From a virus, in the IMG/VR virus record IMGVR_UViG_3300020578_000017, positions 52,450-116,449 of that record: a DNA stretch of 64,000 nucleotides; one strand, 5' to 3'. The translations under genes were made by a program, and so were the position numbers. Every line of letters begins with the position of its first letter. The stretch's first letter is position 1. The notes beneath the pieces are model-generated. The model ran no database searches, was not told the DNA's origin, and was given only the letters and a program-made list of their open reading frames with translations. Positions 47,760-58,956 of the stretch are shown here, in pieces.

Positions 47760-47969
47760 TCAAATATGCATACACTTATTTAAGTGCTCAATTAAGTCCC
47801 GTACCACCATTTTCTTTGTGCTTGCAGGTTTATCATCCCTTCCAATTATGCCAAGCACAGAATGCTTTATTTTAAGATTTACTACCTTGACAGCGATATC
47901 GTCTTCGTAATCATTTTCTAAAAGGTAGTTCTTGTATTCAGATAGACTGAAAATGGTATCGTCTTTCAT
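47760..47969 (-). CDS. hypothetical protein
   Basis: 69-aa ORF collinear with its neighbours. Confidence 0.5.
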   Translation of the reverse strand: MKDDTIFSLSEYKNYLLENDYEDDIAVKVVNLKIKHSVLGIIGRDDKPASTKKMVVRDLIEHLNKCMHI

Positions 47970-47980
47970 ATTTGTTAAAA

Positions 47981-48955
47981 TTATAGTTCTTTAAAAACGT
48001 CCTTGTTTCGTAAAGAAATAAGAGCCGGAATAAATAAATCATCAACAGCTTCACTGCACATATCTAGAAGATCGTTAGACTCTAATTTTAGTTTTCTGCT
48101 TGGTATAAAATACTCATCACTCTTTATTCCAGATATTTCTACTGAAAATGAAGTTTTACTGCCTAACTTTATTTCTGAAAAATCTAAACTAATGGTAATA
48201 GTAAGTTTTTTTACCTTTCTTAAGAATCCTGCTTTACTTTCCAGGGATACTGGAATTTTTAATGATAGAGTGTTGACAATTGTCTTATTCGTTTCATTTT
48301 CTTCAGATCCTACAACACGGACAATCTTATCTAAGGTAGAAATGTTCGTAACAGCACCTCGGGTCAAAGAGTCAAGGGAAAAGTAAGATTTCAATCTAGG
48401 GTTAGCCTGAATTTCTTTACTTAAAATGCCTAAAGTCATCTGCACGAAAGTCTTATACCAGAAAGACTTTGTTTTAACTTCTACAGGCCTCTTTTCATCC
48501 TGTATTTCGTCACTGAACTCTTGCCTAAGAGCTTGTAGCTTTTTTCTATTTTCGGCAATTTCATTTGAGCTAATAACACTATCTAAAGCTTTGCCTGGGA
48601 ATAGTTTTTTTAGCTTTTCTATCGCTTCATCAATATCGGCAATACCTAAAACATCAATGATTTCATCAAGAGTCATCCCTTTAGAAGTATCATCAATGGA
48701 ATCAAAAAAAGCCTTGCTTAAAGCTCTTGTTTGAATGAGATCAACAATATCACTCTTAAGCTTATTTTCAGTTTCGCCTTCATCTATGCCATCTCTTATT
48801 AGTTGAGAAACGGCATTCGCGATTTGGGCAATATGCTGATTAAGCTGCCTAGTAAAACCAGATTTTTCCTTAGTAGACGTATCTATTTTAGTTTTTCTGA
48901 TTTTATTTGAGAGTTGCAGCTTAGCAAACTGCATCAGATCAGATTCTAAAGACAT
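47981..48955 (-). CDS. hypothetical protein
   Basis: 324-aa ORF with 1-nt overlap to the upstream gene. Confidence 0.65.
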   Translation of the reverse strand: MSLESDLMQFAKLQLSNKIRKTKIDTSTKEKSGFTRQLNQHIAQIANAVSQLIRDGIDEGETENKLKSDIVDLIQTRALSKAFFDSIDDTSKGMTLDEIIDVLGIADIDEAIEKLKKLFPGKALDSVISSNEIAENRKKLQALRQEFSDEIQDEKRPVEVKTKSFWYKTFVQMTLGILSKEIQANPRLKSYFSLDSLTRGAVTNISTLDKIVRVVGSEENETNKTIVNTLSLKIPVSLESKAGFLRKVKKLTITISLDFSEIKLGSKTSFSVEISGIKSDEYFIPSRKLKLESNDLLDMCSEAVDDLFIPALISLRNKDVFKEL

Positions 48956-50013
48956 TATTTACCTTGTAACTTTTTAAGCTCAGAAAGTAAGATATCTTTT
49001 TTAAATCCTGCAGCTAAAGCTTTGAAATAAAGCTGTTTAGCCTTTTCTACTTCGTTCCGTTTACCTAAACTGTGCATTCTTAAAGCAATATTTTTTGCAT
49101 TTGATAACTTTGGCTCATCCTCTCTTCTTTCAATAAGATATTTCCGAGTCTTATTATCAGTTGTACCATCAGACTTAGCCTTAACATCATCCTTTAAAGG
49201 TTCGTCTGAAAATTTAAGTTCTGTCTCTGGCTTAATCTTATCCCAATACTTGACTTTATCACGTGGGTATTTTTTACGGGCCAAAGGAATTAGCAAAGAT
49301 AGAGCGACGTTATGGTTATTTTTCTTAAGCTTATCCAAGAAGGAGTAAAGATAAGGAGACTCAGAAGCCATTTCAGCTCTGAATAAGAACTTCAAAATTT
49401 CCTGGGACAAATCAGAGTTGTCAAATGGATGACGTGCTGCAATTTCTTCAAAAACATCTAAGAAAGCCATCTTATCTTTTTTGAATGCGTGGTTTATTTG
49501 CTCAATTAAACCTTTTTGATGCATTAGGTCAACAAGCCTATCATCAGTCAGGAACTTCTTCACCCATAAAGAATTATCTTTATTTTTAGATAGCATGTTA
49601 CCCAAGTAATCAGCTACAGAAGCTCTGTCTAATGGATAAGGGTCACCATCCTCTTCGATAATATAAACCTTACCGCCCTTAGCAGCGGCGTTATCTAATA
49701 TCTCATCGTCAGGTATTCTACCGGCTCGCAAAGCTTGCATAAAGTTTGTAGCCCTTGTTTTTCTGTTTTCACTTGGTTCAAGGGTAGGTACAAATACAGG
49801 CTTCGCTTTAATTTTAAAGTAGTCATTCAAAAAATCTAGCTGTTCTTCAGAGCTAGAAACTTTCAATACATCTGGCAAAGATTTCTGTACAAAGTTAACC
49901 ACATGTGCAACTTTTGCATGCTGCTCATGGGTTGTCATAAGATCATTTTGAATGTGAATCAAATCTGTTTTGATCTGATTGTATGTTTTTCGATCAAATA
50001 AATTATCTTGCAT
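48955..50013 (-). CDS. hypothetical protein
   Basis: 352-aa ORF. Confidence 0.65.
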   Translation of the reverse strand: MQDNLFDRKTYNQIKTDLIHIQNDLMTTHEQHAKVAHVVNFVQKSLPDVLKVSSSEEQLDFLNDYFKIKAKPVFVPTLEPSENRKTRATNFMQALRAGRIPDDEILDNAAAKGGKVYIIEEDGDPYPLDRASVADYLGNMLSKNKDNSLWVKKFLTDDRLVDLMHQKGLIEQINHAFKKDKMAFLDVFEEIAARHPFDNSDLSQEILKFLFRAEMASESPYLYSFLDKLKKNNHNVALSLLIPLARKKYPRDKVKYWDKIKPETELKFSDEPLKDDVKAKSDGTTDNKTRKYLIERREDEPKLSNAKNIALRMHSLGKRNEVEKAKQLYFKALAAGFKKDILLSELKKLQGK

Positions 50014-50063
50014 TATTTATACCAATGGCGTCATAAGTATCTATAGTAACCTTTTTATAAAAG

Positions 50064-50098
50064 TAAAACACCAGGCACCTTTTAGGATGCCTGGTGTT
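50064..50098 (-). terminator. intrinsic terminator
   Basis: AACACCAGGCA/TGCCTGGTGTT stem with T-tract on the minus strand. Confidence 0.75.
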
Positions 50099-50116
50099 CG
50101 TTATGGTTAAAGCTGA

Positions 50117-50341
50117 TTAACCGTTGTTCTTGATGTTATCGACTTCCTGGTTGTACGTATACTCAAGAAGATCATCAGCCTGCTTGCGAAGCGCCGCAAC
50201 CTTGATGCTTGCCTCTTCAATCATCGAAGTAATATCAACTCCCTGAGCGCTCAAGGCGTCAAGGTTGTCAATCTCGCTAGAAATAGCGTTGTTGGTCTCA
50301 TTGAAGAACTTGGTGACAGAGGCGAAAGGATTGGTATTCAT
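50117..50341 (-). CDS. small helical hypothetical protein
   Basis: ATG 50341 follows GAGGG RBS; 74 aa. Confidence 0.6.
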   Translation of the reverse strand: MNTNPFASVTKFFNETNNAISSEIDNLDALSAQGVDITSMIEEASIKVAALRKQADDLLEYTYNQEVDNIKNNG

Positions 50342-50365
50342 TTTAGGTTCCCTCTTTAGCAACAA

Positions 50366-50431
50366 GGCCCGAAGCCTTTTGGGTGAAGGTTAGGTCTCTC
50401 AACCTTTCCAATCACCTATAGGCCTCGGGCC
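50366..50431 (-). promoter_or_regulatory. long irregular RNA hairpin downstream of groEL
   Basis: minus-strand GGCCCGAGGCCU/AGGCUUCGGGCC (12 bp, one G-U), then GGUGA/UCACC and AGGUU/AACCU. Confidence 0.6.
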
Positions 50432-50444
50432 ATTCCGTGTTCTA

Positions 50445-52043
<1,599 letters not shown>

Positions 52044-52087
52044 TTACGCTTCTCCTCGTATAGTTTTATAGAGTAGGGTAAATGGTT

Positions 52088-52357
52088 TTACTTAAGGTTT
52101 TCTTTGATTCTTTTGGTAAGCTCAGCAACCTGTTCAGGAGTGTAGGATGACTTCTGAGACTGCTCTGAAATCTTATTGAAGTATTGATTAGTTTTGTATT
52201 GAATGATCGATTGAAGGTTTTTGATATCTTCAACCTTTTCAGACATCTCTTCCTCGCTCAACTTACCGGCAAGTTCAGCTAAGTCTTTAATTTTCTGGCT
52301 AATTTCTGCCCGAAACTTCTCTAGCTCTATTTTTAGTTGTGAAATTGGAAAATCCAT
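52088..52357 (-). CDS. small coiled-coil hypothetical protein
   Basis: 89 aa; TATAAT 5 nt before ATG. Confidence 0.55.
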   Translation of the reverse strand: MDFPISQLKIELEKFRAEISQKIKDLAELAGKLSEEEMSEKVEDIKNLQSIIQYKTNQYFNKISEQSQKSSYTPEQVAELTKRIKENLK

Positions 52358-52369
52358 AAATTATTATAG

Positions 52370-53191
52370 TTAAATCAAATAGTTAGCTTCGAAATATAAG
52401 CGCTGTTTTCGTATATAATTGTCAAAACCTTCTTGATCAAAATTAGATAGCTTATGGTAGTAATCATTGTTTGTATCGGCTATCTCTTTGTAATTAACTA
52501 AAGTCTTTACTGCAGTATCATGATGCAGATGTAGTGCCTCTCCATCCAAATAACATGCCTTACCTAAGTTGACAACTTTTAGTCCAAATGCATGATCTTC
52601 AGAACCATAACCTTTAAAAAACTCGTCCATTCCTCCAATTTTCAGATAGAACTCTTTGGTAAAGCAGAATGCCCCGCCTCCAAGAGGGGAGTCTGTTCGT
52701 TGCCTTGTTACTTCTCTTTTTTCTGAAAAAAGATCATCTGATTCAAGATTTATTTTTACGTCTCGTAACTTTCTAGCGTATGGTTTACTAAAATCGTAAC
52801 TTCCTAAATAAGCTAAGCAGTTATTTAAAATATGGAAATCCACAAGTATATCAGCATCGCAGAAAAATATTTTATTGTACTTGCATCTAATGACTGATAA
52901 ATTCATGAGTTTAGATTTTAAAAACAGTCCAGAGTCTTCAAATGAAACTTTCTCTACATCTTGGCTTACGTTTATCTTTGGTATATCTGAAAACTGTTCA
53001 GCTACTATGATTTGTGCTAAAGAATAATTTTTTCTGTAGTACCTTAAGCAAGCTTCAAGGTTTTTCAATCTTTTTTCATCATCAGTTTTCCTAAAGACGA
53101 AAATGATAGAAAAGTTCTCGTATTTATCCACTTCTTGAGGGAATAGCCTATCTACAGCCTTATTTGAAGGGAATATGTATCCATTAATCAT
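52370..53191 (-). CDS. glycosyltransferase, GT-A fold (GT2/GT7-like)
   Basis: IIVAEQ, KSKLMN, FCDADI (DxD), GGMDEFFKGYGSED, LHLHH. Confidence 0.9.
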   Translation of the reverse strand: MINGYIFPSNKAVDRLFPQEVDKYENFSIIFVFRKTDDEKRLKNLEACLRYYRKNYSLAQIIVAEQFSDIPKINVSQDVEKVSFEDSGLFLKSKLMNLSVIRCKYNKIFFCDADILVDFHILNNCLAYLGSYDFSKPYARKLRDVKINLESDDLFSEKREVTRQRTDSPLGGGAFCFTKEFYLKIGGMDEFFKGYGSEDHAFGLKVVNLGKACYLDGEALHLHHDTAVKTLVNYKEIADTNNDYYHKLSNFDQEGFDNYIRKQRLYFEANYLI

Positions 53192-53214
53192 CTCACATAA
53201 TAAATTTTATCAAA

Positions 53215-53544
53215 TCAATCGCCATTATTGGTGATGAGATGATCGAGGGCAAAGGTTCCACCCAGGATACTCAGCTTGTAAAACCAGTTGAGGTGCTTGC
53301 AGAAGTCCCAGAAGGTAACATTCTTGTTGTAGGATACATAGTCAAGAGAATCAGAGAAAGAGTTGCCAAACACATGGTCACCGAACTGAATCATAGGAAT
53401 CCAGGAAATAAGGACAAGCAATACAAAGACAGAGAAGATATGAATGCAAGCGACCAGAGCGTGCAGGCCAAGCTGCAGCGTAGTCTCGCTGATCTTCCAA
53501 AAAAGATTGCCGTCCTTATCCGACCAGATACTATAGATAACCAT
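53215..53544 (-). CDS. hypothetical membrane protein
   Basis: long hydrophobic segment; AGGAGG RBS and sigma70 promoter upstream. Confidence 0.6.
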   Translation of the reverse strand: MVIYSIWSDKDGNLFWKISETTLQLGLHALVACIHIFSVFVLLVLISWIPMIQFGDHVFGNSFSDSLDYVSYNKNVTFWDFCKHLNWFYKLSILGGTFALDHLITNNGD

Positions 53545-53562
53545 TACGCCCTCCTGATTACT

Positions 53563-53591
53563 AAGGTATCACGATTTTTAGTTCTTGTCAA
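53563..53591 (-). promoter_or_regulatory. sigma70-type (early) promoter
   Basis: TTGACA-17 nt-TACCTT with TG extension, upstream of AGGAGG and ATG 53544. Confidence 0.7.
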
Positions 53592-53607
53592 TAGTATGGT
53601 CAAAAAA

Positions 53608-53638
53608 ATCTCGCCAAGTTTGTATTCTTGGCGAGATA
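53608..53638 (-). terminator. intrinsic terminator
   Basis: ATCTCGCCAAG/CTTGGCGAGAT stem followed by a T-tract on the minus strand. Confidence 0.7.
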
Positions 53639-53648
53639 GTTAAATTTA

Positions 53649-53942
53649 CTAGTGGATCTCTTTGGCGGATTCTGCGACGGTCAGAGCATCAACGACTTCC
53701 ATCATAGAAGTAAGCACTTCTCCACGGACAATCATGATTCCAACTTTACCCTTAACCAGTATTCCGTGAGTAACACCGTGGTTGAACGTATTTTCGTACA
53801 CCTTCACAAAATCCTTGCGGAAATCCTGCTTGTGTATGAACTTAACGTTACCAGACCTAAGGGATGCTTTCAGAAACTGAAGTTTGAGAGATAAATTCGG
53901 TTCAATTTTCAATGACAATTTTCGAAGCCTTCCTTTGAGCAA
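53649..53942 (-). pseudogene. possible 3' remnant of a decayed gene
   Basis: no clear start or RBS; upstream 53943-54120 has coding-like composition but stops in all minus frames. Confidence 0.3.
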
Positions 53943-54188
53943 CGAAAACGCTGGTACGTTTCAGGTGCGGGACAAGGTCAACCTTAACAGAATCTGACCA
54001 CCACGGTCAAGGGTGACGCTTCGATTTTTTCCCTGGTTTCTGTCGTTCTTTTGTCACACGGTACTGGTCATCGCATCGAACAAATATTCGACCAGGTTGC
54101 AGACAAGCCTCACATGGGCCTAGTTCTATGCGACTATGAAAGCAAGAATACGCTTTATCGTGACAAGATACGCACAAAAATGACTATT

Positions 54189-54371
54189 CTACTTCATGCA
54201 TGTTTCAAATAACAAATTCTTATATAGAACGGGAAGTAGTACATACATAGCCCATCTTTCAGCTATCATCTTACTACTGAACCCAACGGCAATCATTTTA
54301 CCAATACGTACATTCCAATGTCCATATTTAGACTGAAAAACTTTAACTGCCATTGTAAAGGCCCTCTTCAA
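54189..54371 (-). CDS. small hypothetical protein
   Basis: likely starts at MAVKVFQS, overlapping the upstream ORF. Confidence 0.45.
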   Translation of the reverse strand: MKRAFTMAVKVFQSKYGHWNVRIGKMIAVGFSSKMIAERWAMYVLLPVLYKNLLFETCMK

Positions 54372-54564
54372 TCATTTCAATGCTATCGAAATGAATCCAA
54401 ATTGGCCTACCTGTAAATTCTATATTGCCTTGCTTTAGTCCTTGTAGACCAATAACGGGATAAACGAAATATAGTACTTCGTAGTTTTTCCAGTCACAGT
54501 CAGTATCCTTCCAGTAGACAGTTACCTGCTTGCCTACTAGTGGATGACTCTTATTGTGCCCCAT
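54343..54564 (-). CDS. small hypothetical protein
   Basis: 73 aa, beta-rich; TATCAT 7 nt before ATG. Confidence 0.5.
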   Translation of the reverse strand: MGHNKSHPLVGKQVTVYWKDTDCDWKNYEVLYFVYPVIGLQGLKQGNIEFTGRPIWIHFDSIEMIEEGLYNGS

Positions 54565-54625
54565 ATACTTAATGATATTACTAGTATTCTAATAAGAACT
54601 GTCTGTAAGGAGAGCGTTTAATCCT

Positions 54626-55111
54626 TTGAGTAACGAATCCGAAGAGATCAAGCTTGGTAAGCTTTATCTTATCAAGACGATGGTTCAGGACCTTATAAAG
54701 CTCCTGGGACCAGAAACTACCGTGCAATCCGCAAAGGATATGTTTCCGCTCATTAGAATGATCGATGCATTAATTGACATATACGGAGAACACGCAACTC
54801 TTGCAGAAGTAGAAAACAGTGAAGCTCTAGCAGATCTTCAAGAAGAAAGAAACTTGAAAATCGCTCAGAAGGTAATCAAACTACCCGAGGGTAAACCTGC
54901 AACTATTTTAAATGTTATGCATACTTTAATCAATATGGGCTTTCCAGATTTAAGTATAAAAGAATTTAGAGAACATTATCTGACAAGCTCAAACGGAGTT
55001 CCAGATTTTATTACAACAAGACCACTTAAACTAATAGAAGATCTTGTAATAAAGCACGGACAAGCTGCTTCAGTTAGAGAAGTATACTACAGAGAAATCG
55101 AAGACTTCTAA
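54626..55111 (+). CDS. hypothetical protein
   Basis: AAGGAG upstream; internal repeat LIKLLGPETTV / LIDIYGEHATL / LVIKHGQAASV. Confidence 0.6.
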   Translation: MSNESEEIKLGKLYLIKTMVQDLIKLLGPETTVQSAKDMFPLIRMIDALIDIYGEHATLAEVENSEALADLQEERNLKIAQKVIKLPEGKPATILNVMHTLINMGFPDLSIKEFREHYLTSSNGVPDFITTRPLKLIEDLVIKHGQAASVREVYYREIEDF

Positions 55112-55794
55112 GAGAACCAGGCTTCAGAATGTGGTGAATTCATGTAAGCATTGTATAGCTTTTGAAGTTCTACATTTGTTTCCTGATCGAACCAGTGCCC
55201 ATAGTCGCGTTCTGTCTCTTGCTTTAGCTTATTATACTTCTTAATAAACTTGGCTTGCATATCTTTATCATAACCACCACGAAGCCCATGAATAAACTTA
55301 AGTTTTGATATTCTGTCGGCTAATTTCACGTCACGTATAGGTTTAAAGCTATCTTTTAGCATCTTTTTTGTGTAGTAATCTTTCTTATCTTCGTCAGTTA
55401 AAGTAAGTTTACTTACATGATCGGCAATTTTGGCGTCAAACATAGACTTTAGCTCTTTAATTGTATAGGCATGGTCCTCAACTGTATCATGTAAAATAGC
55501 GACAGCTAAAGTGTGTGTATCTTCCACCCCAGAATCCAGTAGGTGCCTTACTACATCGATGATGTGAAAGATATAAGGTTGCGCCTGAACTCCACCGCGA
55601 CCCTTCCACCTGTACTGGCCAGCGTGAGCATTTTTAGCAGCATTAAATGCCTTTTTTAAAGTCTTATTTGATAATATATATTGTAGTGTGCGGCGCGCAC
55701 CGAAGTCGTCACGTAGCAGTTCCTGGAGTCTATTCTCCTGAGACTTGATGACTTTTTCTTTAACTTCGGCAAGGGCTGCGTAGATTTGAAACAC
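55108..55794 (-). CDS. SpoT/Mesh1-type HD hydrolase (small alarmone hydrolase-like)
   Basis: AKNAHAGQYR, PYIFH, AILHDTVED, VSKLT, VKLADR. Confidence 0.85.
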   Translation of the reverse strand: MFQIYAALAEVKEKVIKSQENRLQELLRDDFGARRTLQYILSNKTLKKAFNAAKNAHAGQYRWKGRGGVQAQPYIFHIIDVVRHLLDSGVEDTHTLAVAILHDTVEDHAYTIKELKSMFDAKIADHVSKLTLTDEDKKDYYTKKMLKDSFKPIRDVKLADRISKLKFIHGLRGGYDKDMQAKFIKKYNKLKQETERDYGHWFDQETNVELQKLYNAYMNSPHSEAWFS

Positions 55795-55970
55795 GATAGT
55801 GACCTCGAAACCGTCAAATTATCTATACTAGAAGATTTGAAAAATCATACTGAGCTAACATATCCGCATGATTATGTTGACTATATAGTAGAAAAAAAAA
55901 TGACAGTTAAAGAATTTTGCAAAGCCAATGGCATAAGATTTTTAGAACGTTATTGAATCTCTTATAGTGT

Positions 55971-56330
55971 ATGGACCGCAGTTTAAATGAAAAAGGTAGG
56001 CGTTTTTCTGTAACCAGGAAAAACGCCGCTGTAGGCATGCTTCGTGAGATGCCAAACGCGACCCCCGAGGAGAAGGTCCTCATTCCTATTATCAATAGGT
56101 TACGTAGTGTTGCTAAGTCCTTATTGGATCTCGATATGCCTGACTTCTATGACATTGAGCAAGAGCTAGAAGGAGTAGACATGAAGATTCAGCAAGTTAT
56201 TGCTCACCATCGCAAAGAAAAGTACTTGCGTAGTGCCGGTGGCGACATGAAGAAGGCAATAGAGATGTACAATAGCGACTTGAAGAAGCATCATGGGCAA
56301 AATGATGCTGGTGCACAAAAGCAACAGTAA
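55971..56330 (+). CDS. hypothetical protein
   Basis: 119-aa helical ORF. Confidence 0.55.
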   Translation: MDRSLNEKGRRFSVTRKNAAVGMLREMPNATPEEKVLIPIINRLRSVAKSLLDLDMPDFYDIEQELEGVDMKIQQVIAHHRKEKYLRSAGGDMKKAIEMYNSDLKKHHGQNDAGAQKQQ

Positions 56331-56355
56331 CTTCCTGGCTGTGCTATAATAAGCT

Positions 56356-56529
56356 ATGGATAGAGAAAAAGAGTTCAAAGGCATTCTTAACGGGGTGTCT
56401 GCAGAGGATATTAAAGATCTTCTTGATCAGCTTCCTGACGCCGAATCTGAGCGCGAAGGTTTAGAAGAAGATGATCATACTGACGTATGGGGTTCTTCTG
56501 GATCTTTAAAGTACCGACGCGATTACTGA
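56356..56529 (+). CDS. small acidic protein absent from the ORF track (57 aa, MDREKEFKG...YRRDY)
   Basis: open frame read by hand; extended -10 TGCTATAAT 5 nt before ATG; terminator directly after the stop. Confidence 0.6.
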   Translation: MDREKEFKGILNGVSAEDIKDLLDQLPDAESEREGLEEDDHTDVWGSSGSLKYRRDY

Positions 56530-56537
56530 GTGGAATG

Positions 56538-56569
56538 AAAAAAAGCCGCGCTAAAATGCGCGGCTTTTT
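56538..56569. terminator. bidirectional intrinsic terminator
   Basis: A7-GCCGCGC-TAAAAT-GCGCGGC-T5. Confidence 0.8.
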
Positions 56570-56882
56570 ACTTGGGATAGTCATGCGCTGGCGCGGAACT
56601 TTTTTGATTTGGTAGAATACTTCAAGTTCTATAAAAATTTCTGACAAAAATTTCTAAACTTTTTTATTTTCAGGATAATTCAACCAAAACTAATGTTTAT
56701 TAACTAAAATTACAGTCATACAATCAAATCTATCAAATATGAAACCGTGATTTTCTACTGGTATTTATTTAATTTCTTGTGCGCGAAAAATTTTATTCGT
56801 GTTTTTATTCAAAAAGAAATCACGTATGCTAGAAATAAATCGGCAGAAACAAATGTAAGAAATGATATAATCAAAGAAAAGA

Positions 56883-57353
56883 TCAATCAGAAATATCTTT
56901 ACTCTTATTCAAGCACCAGGTAATAATATTATCTATATCTACCAAATCTTGATAATGTAACGTCATCTGTAAACTATCTGCTGCACAATCATAGGTATTC
57001 GTAACAAACTCATTCATATCATCTATTATTGCAACTTCAAAAGTAGCTTCATCACAGAAAGCTCCATCACCACCAAGAATAGAGACTATATACTTACCAA
57101 TATAAAGTATATAACCAACTTTTGTTTTAATATGACTGTAGTTACTGATAAGTTTAAGAAACTCTACAAAGTTTAGATTATCAGCAATACTACGTCTATT
57201 AGGTTTACTTAGGCTACTAAAAGATTGAGTCCATTTCTTGGCTATGTCACCAAAGTCCATATCATCAAGACCATACCTCGGATCTTTTTTAGCTTTAGCT
57301 ATACGTTTATTTAAAACGTCATAGTCAAAATTAATATGATCGTCTTCTTCCAT
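56883..57353 (-). CDS. hypothetical protein
   Basis: 156 aa; YIVSIL..TFEVAII segment. Confidence 0.55.
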   Translation of the reverse strand: MEEDDHINFDYDVLNKRIAKAKKDPRYGLDDMDFGDIAKKWTQSFSSLSKPNRRSIADNLNFVEFLKLISNYSHIKTKVGYILYIGKYIVSILGGDGAFCDEATFEVAIIDDMNEFVTNTYDCAADSLQMTLHYQDLVDIDNIITWCLNKSKDISD

Positions 57354-57425
57354 TAATTAGTTTCCTATTATAAGATATCAAATAAAACGTCAGGAGTGAA
57401 AAGTTATTATGGGAGATGATGATAA

Positions 57426-57728
57426 ATGCGCCTGTTACTTGACGAAGGGGCGCGGGCATTAGCTATATATGATGTTCATGGTCGTTTGCTTTATGAGACA
57501 TCTTTCAGTTTAAGTGATCCAGCAAGCATTGTTTGTCTGTCAAAGCGTGTGTGTGTGGTGGTCGAGACGGCTCATATTTTATTGCTTGAAGTAGTCGAGT
57601 ATCCATCGTTTATATTTTTAGGCGATTTGATTCTTGAGGGTTCCAGGCTGGTTGACTATCAAAAACAAACGAGTGGTTTGGATTTACGAGGCAAAGTCAG
57701 GCACCTTCTTTCCAACTATTTTGAATGA
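57426..57728 (+). CDS. hypothetical protein
   Basis: 100 aa; GGGAG upstream. Confidence 0.45.
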   Translation: MRLLLDEGARALAIYDVHGRLLYETSFSLSDPASIVCLSKRVCVVVETAHILLLEVVEYPSFIFLGDLILEGSRLVDYQKQTSGLDLRGKVRHLLSNYFE

Positions 57729-57743
57729 TTAATAATCGCTTAA

Positions 57744-58034
57744 TTGTGGGGTGTGAAAGCGGGGGATTGCGCTGTCATGAAAATATTCAAAAAAGGTTGG
57801 CGCTTTTTACTACAGTTATTTGGCAAATCGTCTTATCAATTGGTCTTAACCCCGGTCATGGAATTTCAGGAAAATAATTTACTTTACCGTATTCTTGACA
57901 ATGGTCATGACTACGAGGTTGAGATCAATAAAGACGGCGATTTATTTTATCATAATACTGGATTTTCTAACTTTCAAGAAGCTTTGAGCTTTATCGAGTT
58001 TTTTAGAAACAATCTTCCAAGAGAGAAGGACTAA
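57744..58034 (+). CDS. hypothetical protein
   Basis: likely start at internal MKIFKK; coupled to the next gene. Confidence 0.45.
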   Translation: MWGVKAGDCAVMKIFKKGWRFLLQLFGKSSYQLVLTPVMEFQENNLLYRILDNGHDYEVEINKDGDLFYHNTGFSNFQEALSFIEFFRNNLPREKD

Positions 58035-58267
58035 TGCAAGAGCCTACATTAAATCTCATCAAATCTGGCAAAAGCATTGTGCCTAGTCTTGTAGACATTG
58101 GTCTGCACGCACATAGGCCTTTTGAAGCCATGACTGATGAAATACTGTCAATCAATCAAAAGTTCGCAAGCCAAGTGAGCAGCAGTGGAAAGCTTACAGA
58201 GTATCTACAGAAAGAACTGACGAAAGCTAAGAAAGCTTATAAAGAAAGAATTCAAGAGTTTCTGTAA
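58034..58267 (+). CDS. hypothetical protein
   Basis: TAATG overlap and AAGGA RBS. Confidence 0.55.
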   Translation: MQEPTLNLIKSGKSIVPSLVDIGLHAHRPFEAMTDEILSINQKFASQVSSSGKLTEYLQKELTKAKKAYKERIQEFL

Positions 58268-58929
58268 AGAATACTGTAGAAATCACGTACAGCTTTTTGA
58301 TATCTTTTTGGTGCTCTATTCTTCAATGAAGTAAAGTATACAGATTCAGCAATAAAATCAGTTATATCATCTTTAGTATGATTACCTATTTTGAACTCTT
58401 CTACTTCATTAACTAGTTGTGTCTTGTATTCTATCGGTGATATAAAGTAATCTTCTTGTAGCTCTTGATACTTTTCGTACATATCTGTTTTTCCACCAAT
58501 AGACTTATTCGTATTGAACTGTATAAAATGAATCAGTTCATGGTGTATATCTTTTCTAAGTAATCTTAGAAGATAATGTAGCTTATCAAAATACTGTTTA
58601 GATAGAATAATATCTTTTGTACTCTCTAACAATTCTGGCATAAATATTTCAATACGATTATTTCGTTCATCATATTGAGCATCTATGTTTCCTTTGTTAG
58701 GCAAAATAGCCACACTGATTTTATTCTTGTTTAGCTTGGCGTAGTTAAGCTGTTTTACTTTAAACGTCTGAGAGTATGCGCGAGGTTTTTTATTACTGGC
58801 GATAAGCCTCAGATTGGCTGTATAGGGCAGTGCTACCCAGTCCATGATCTCATCAAGCAAGCCTTCTGGAAGCCTGGGTATTCGAGCAATCTTTTTGATA
58901 TAAGCCGCAACTACGTTATAAGTATTCAC
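58252..58929 (-). CDS. zincin-like (HExxH) metallopeptidase-domain protein
   Basis: DAQYD..RIEIF, HHELIHFIQ, downstream YFISPIE. Confidence 0.65.
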   Translation of the reverse strand: MNTYNVVAAYIKKIARIPRLPEGLLDEIMDWVALPYTANLRLIASNKKPRAYSQTFKVKQLNYAKLNKNKISVAILPNKGNIDAQYDERNNRIEIFMPELLESTKDIILSKQYFDKLHYLLRLLRKDIHHELIHFIQFNTNKSIGGKTDMYEKYQELQEDYFISPIEYKTQLVNEVEEFKIGNHTKDDITDFIAESVYFTSLKNRAPKRYQKAVRDFYSILYRNS

Positions 58930-58956
58930 TATAATAATAGAAAGGATAAGTCATAT

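Noticed and set aside
50366-50431. tRNA or SRP RNA
   Set aside because: No cloverleaf, T-loop or CCA end, and no SRP GNRA-loop domain IV motif.
53239-53643. 134-aa plus-strand ORF
   Set aside because: It overlaps the minus-strand gene that has a clear promoter and AGGAGG, and it runs through that promoter and a terminator.
56411-56647. 78-aa minus-strand ORF
   Set aside because: It crosses a bidirectional terminator and overlaps the better-supported 56356..56529 plus-strand ORF.
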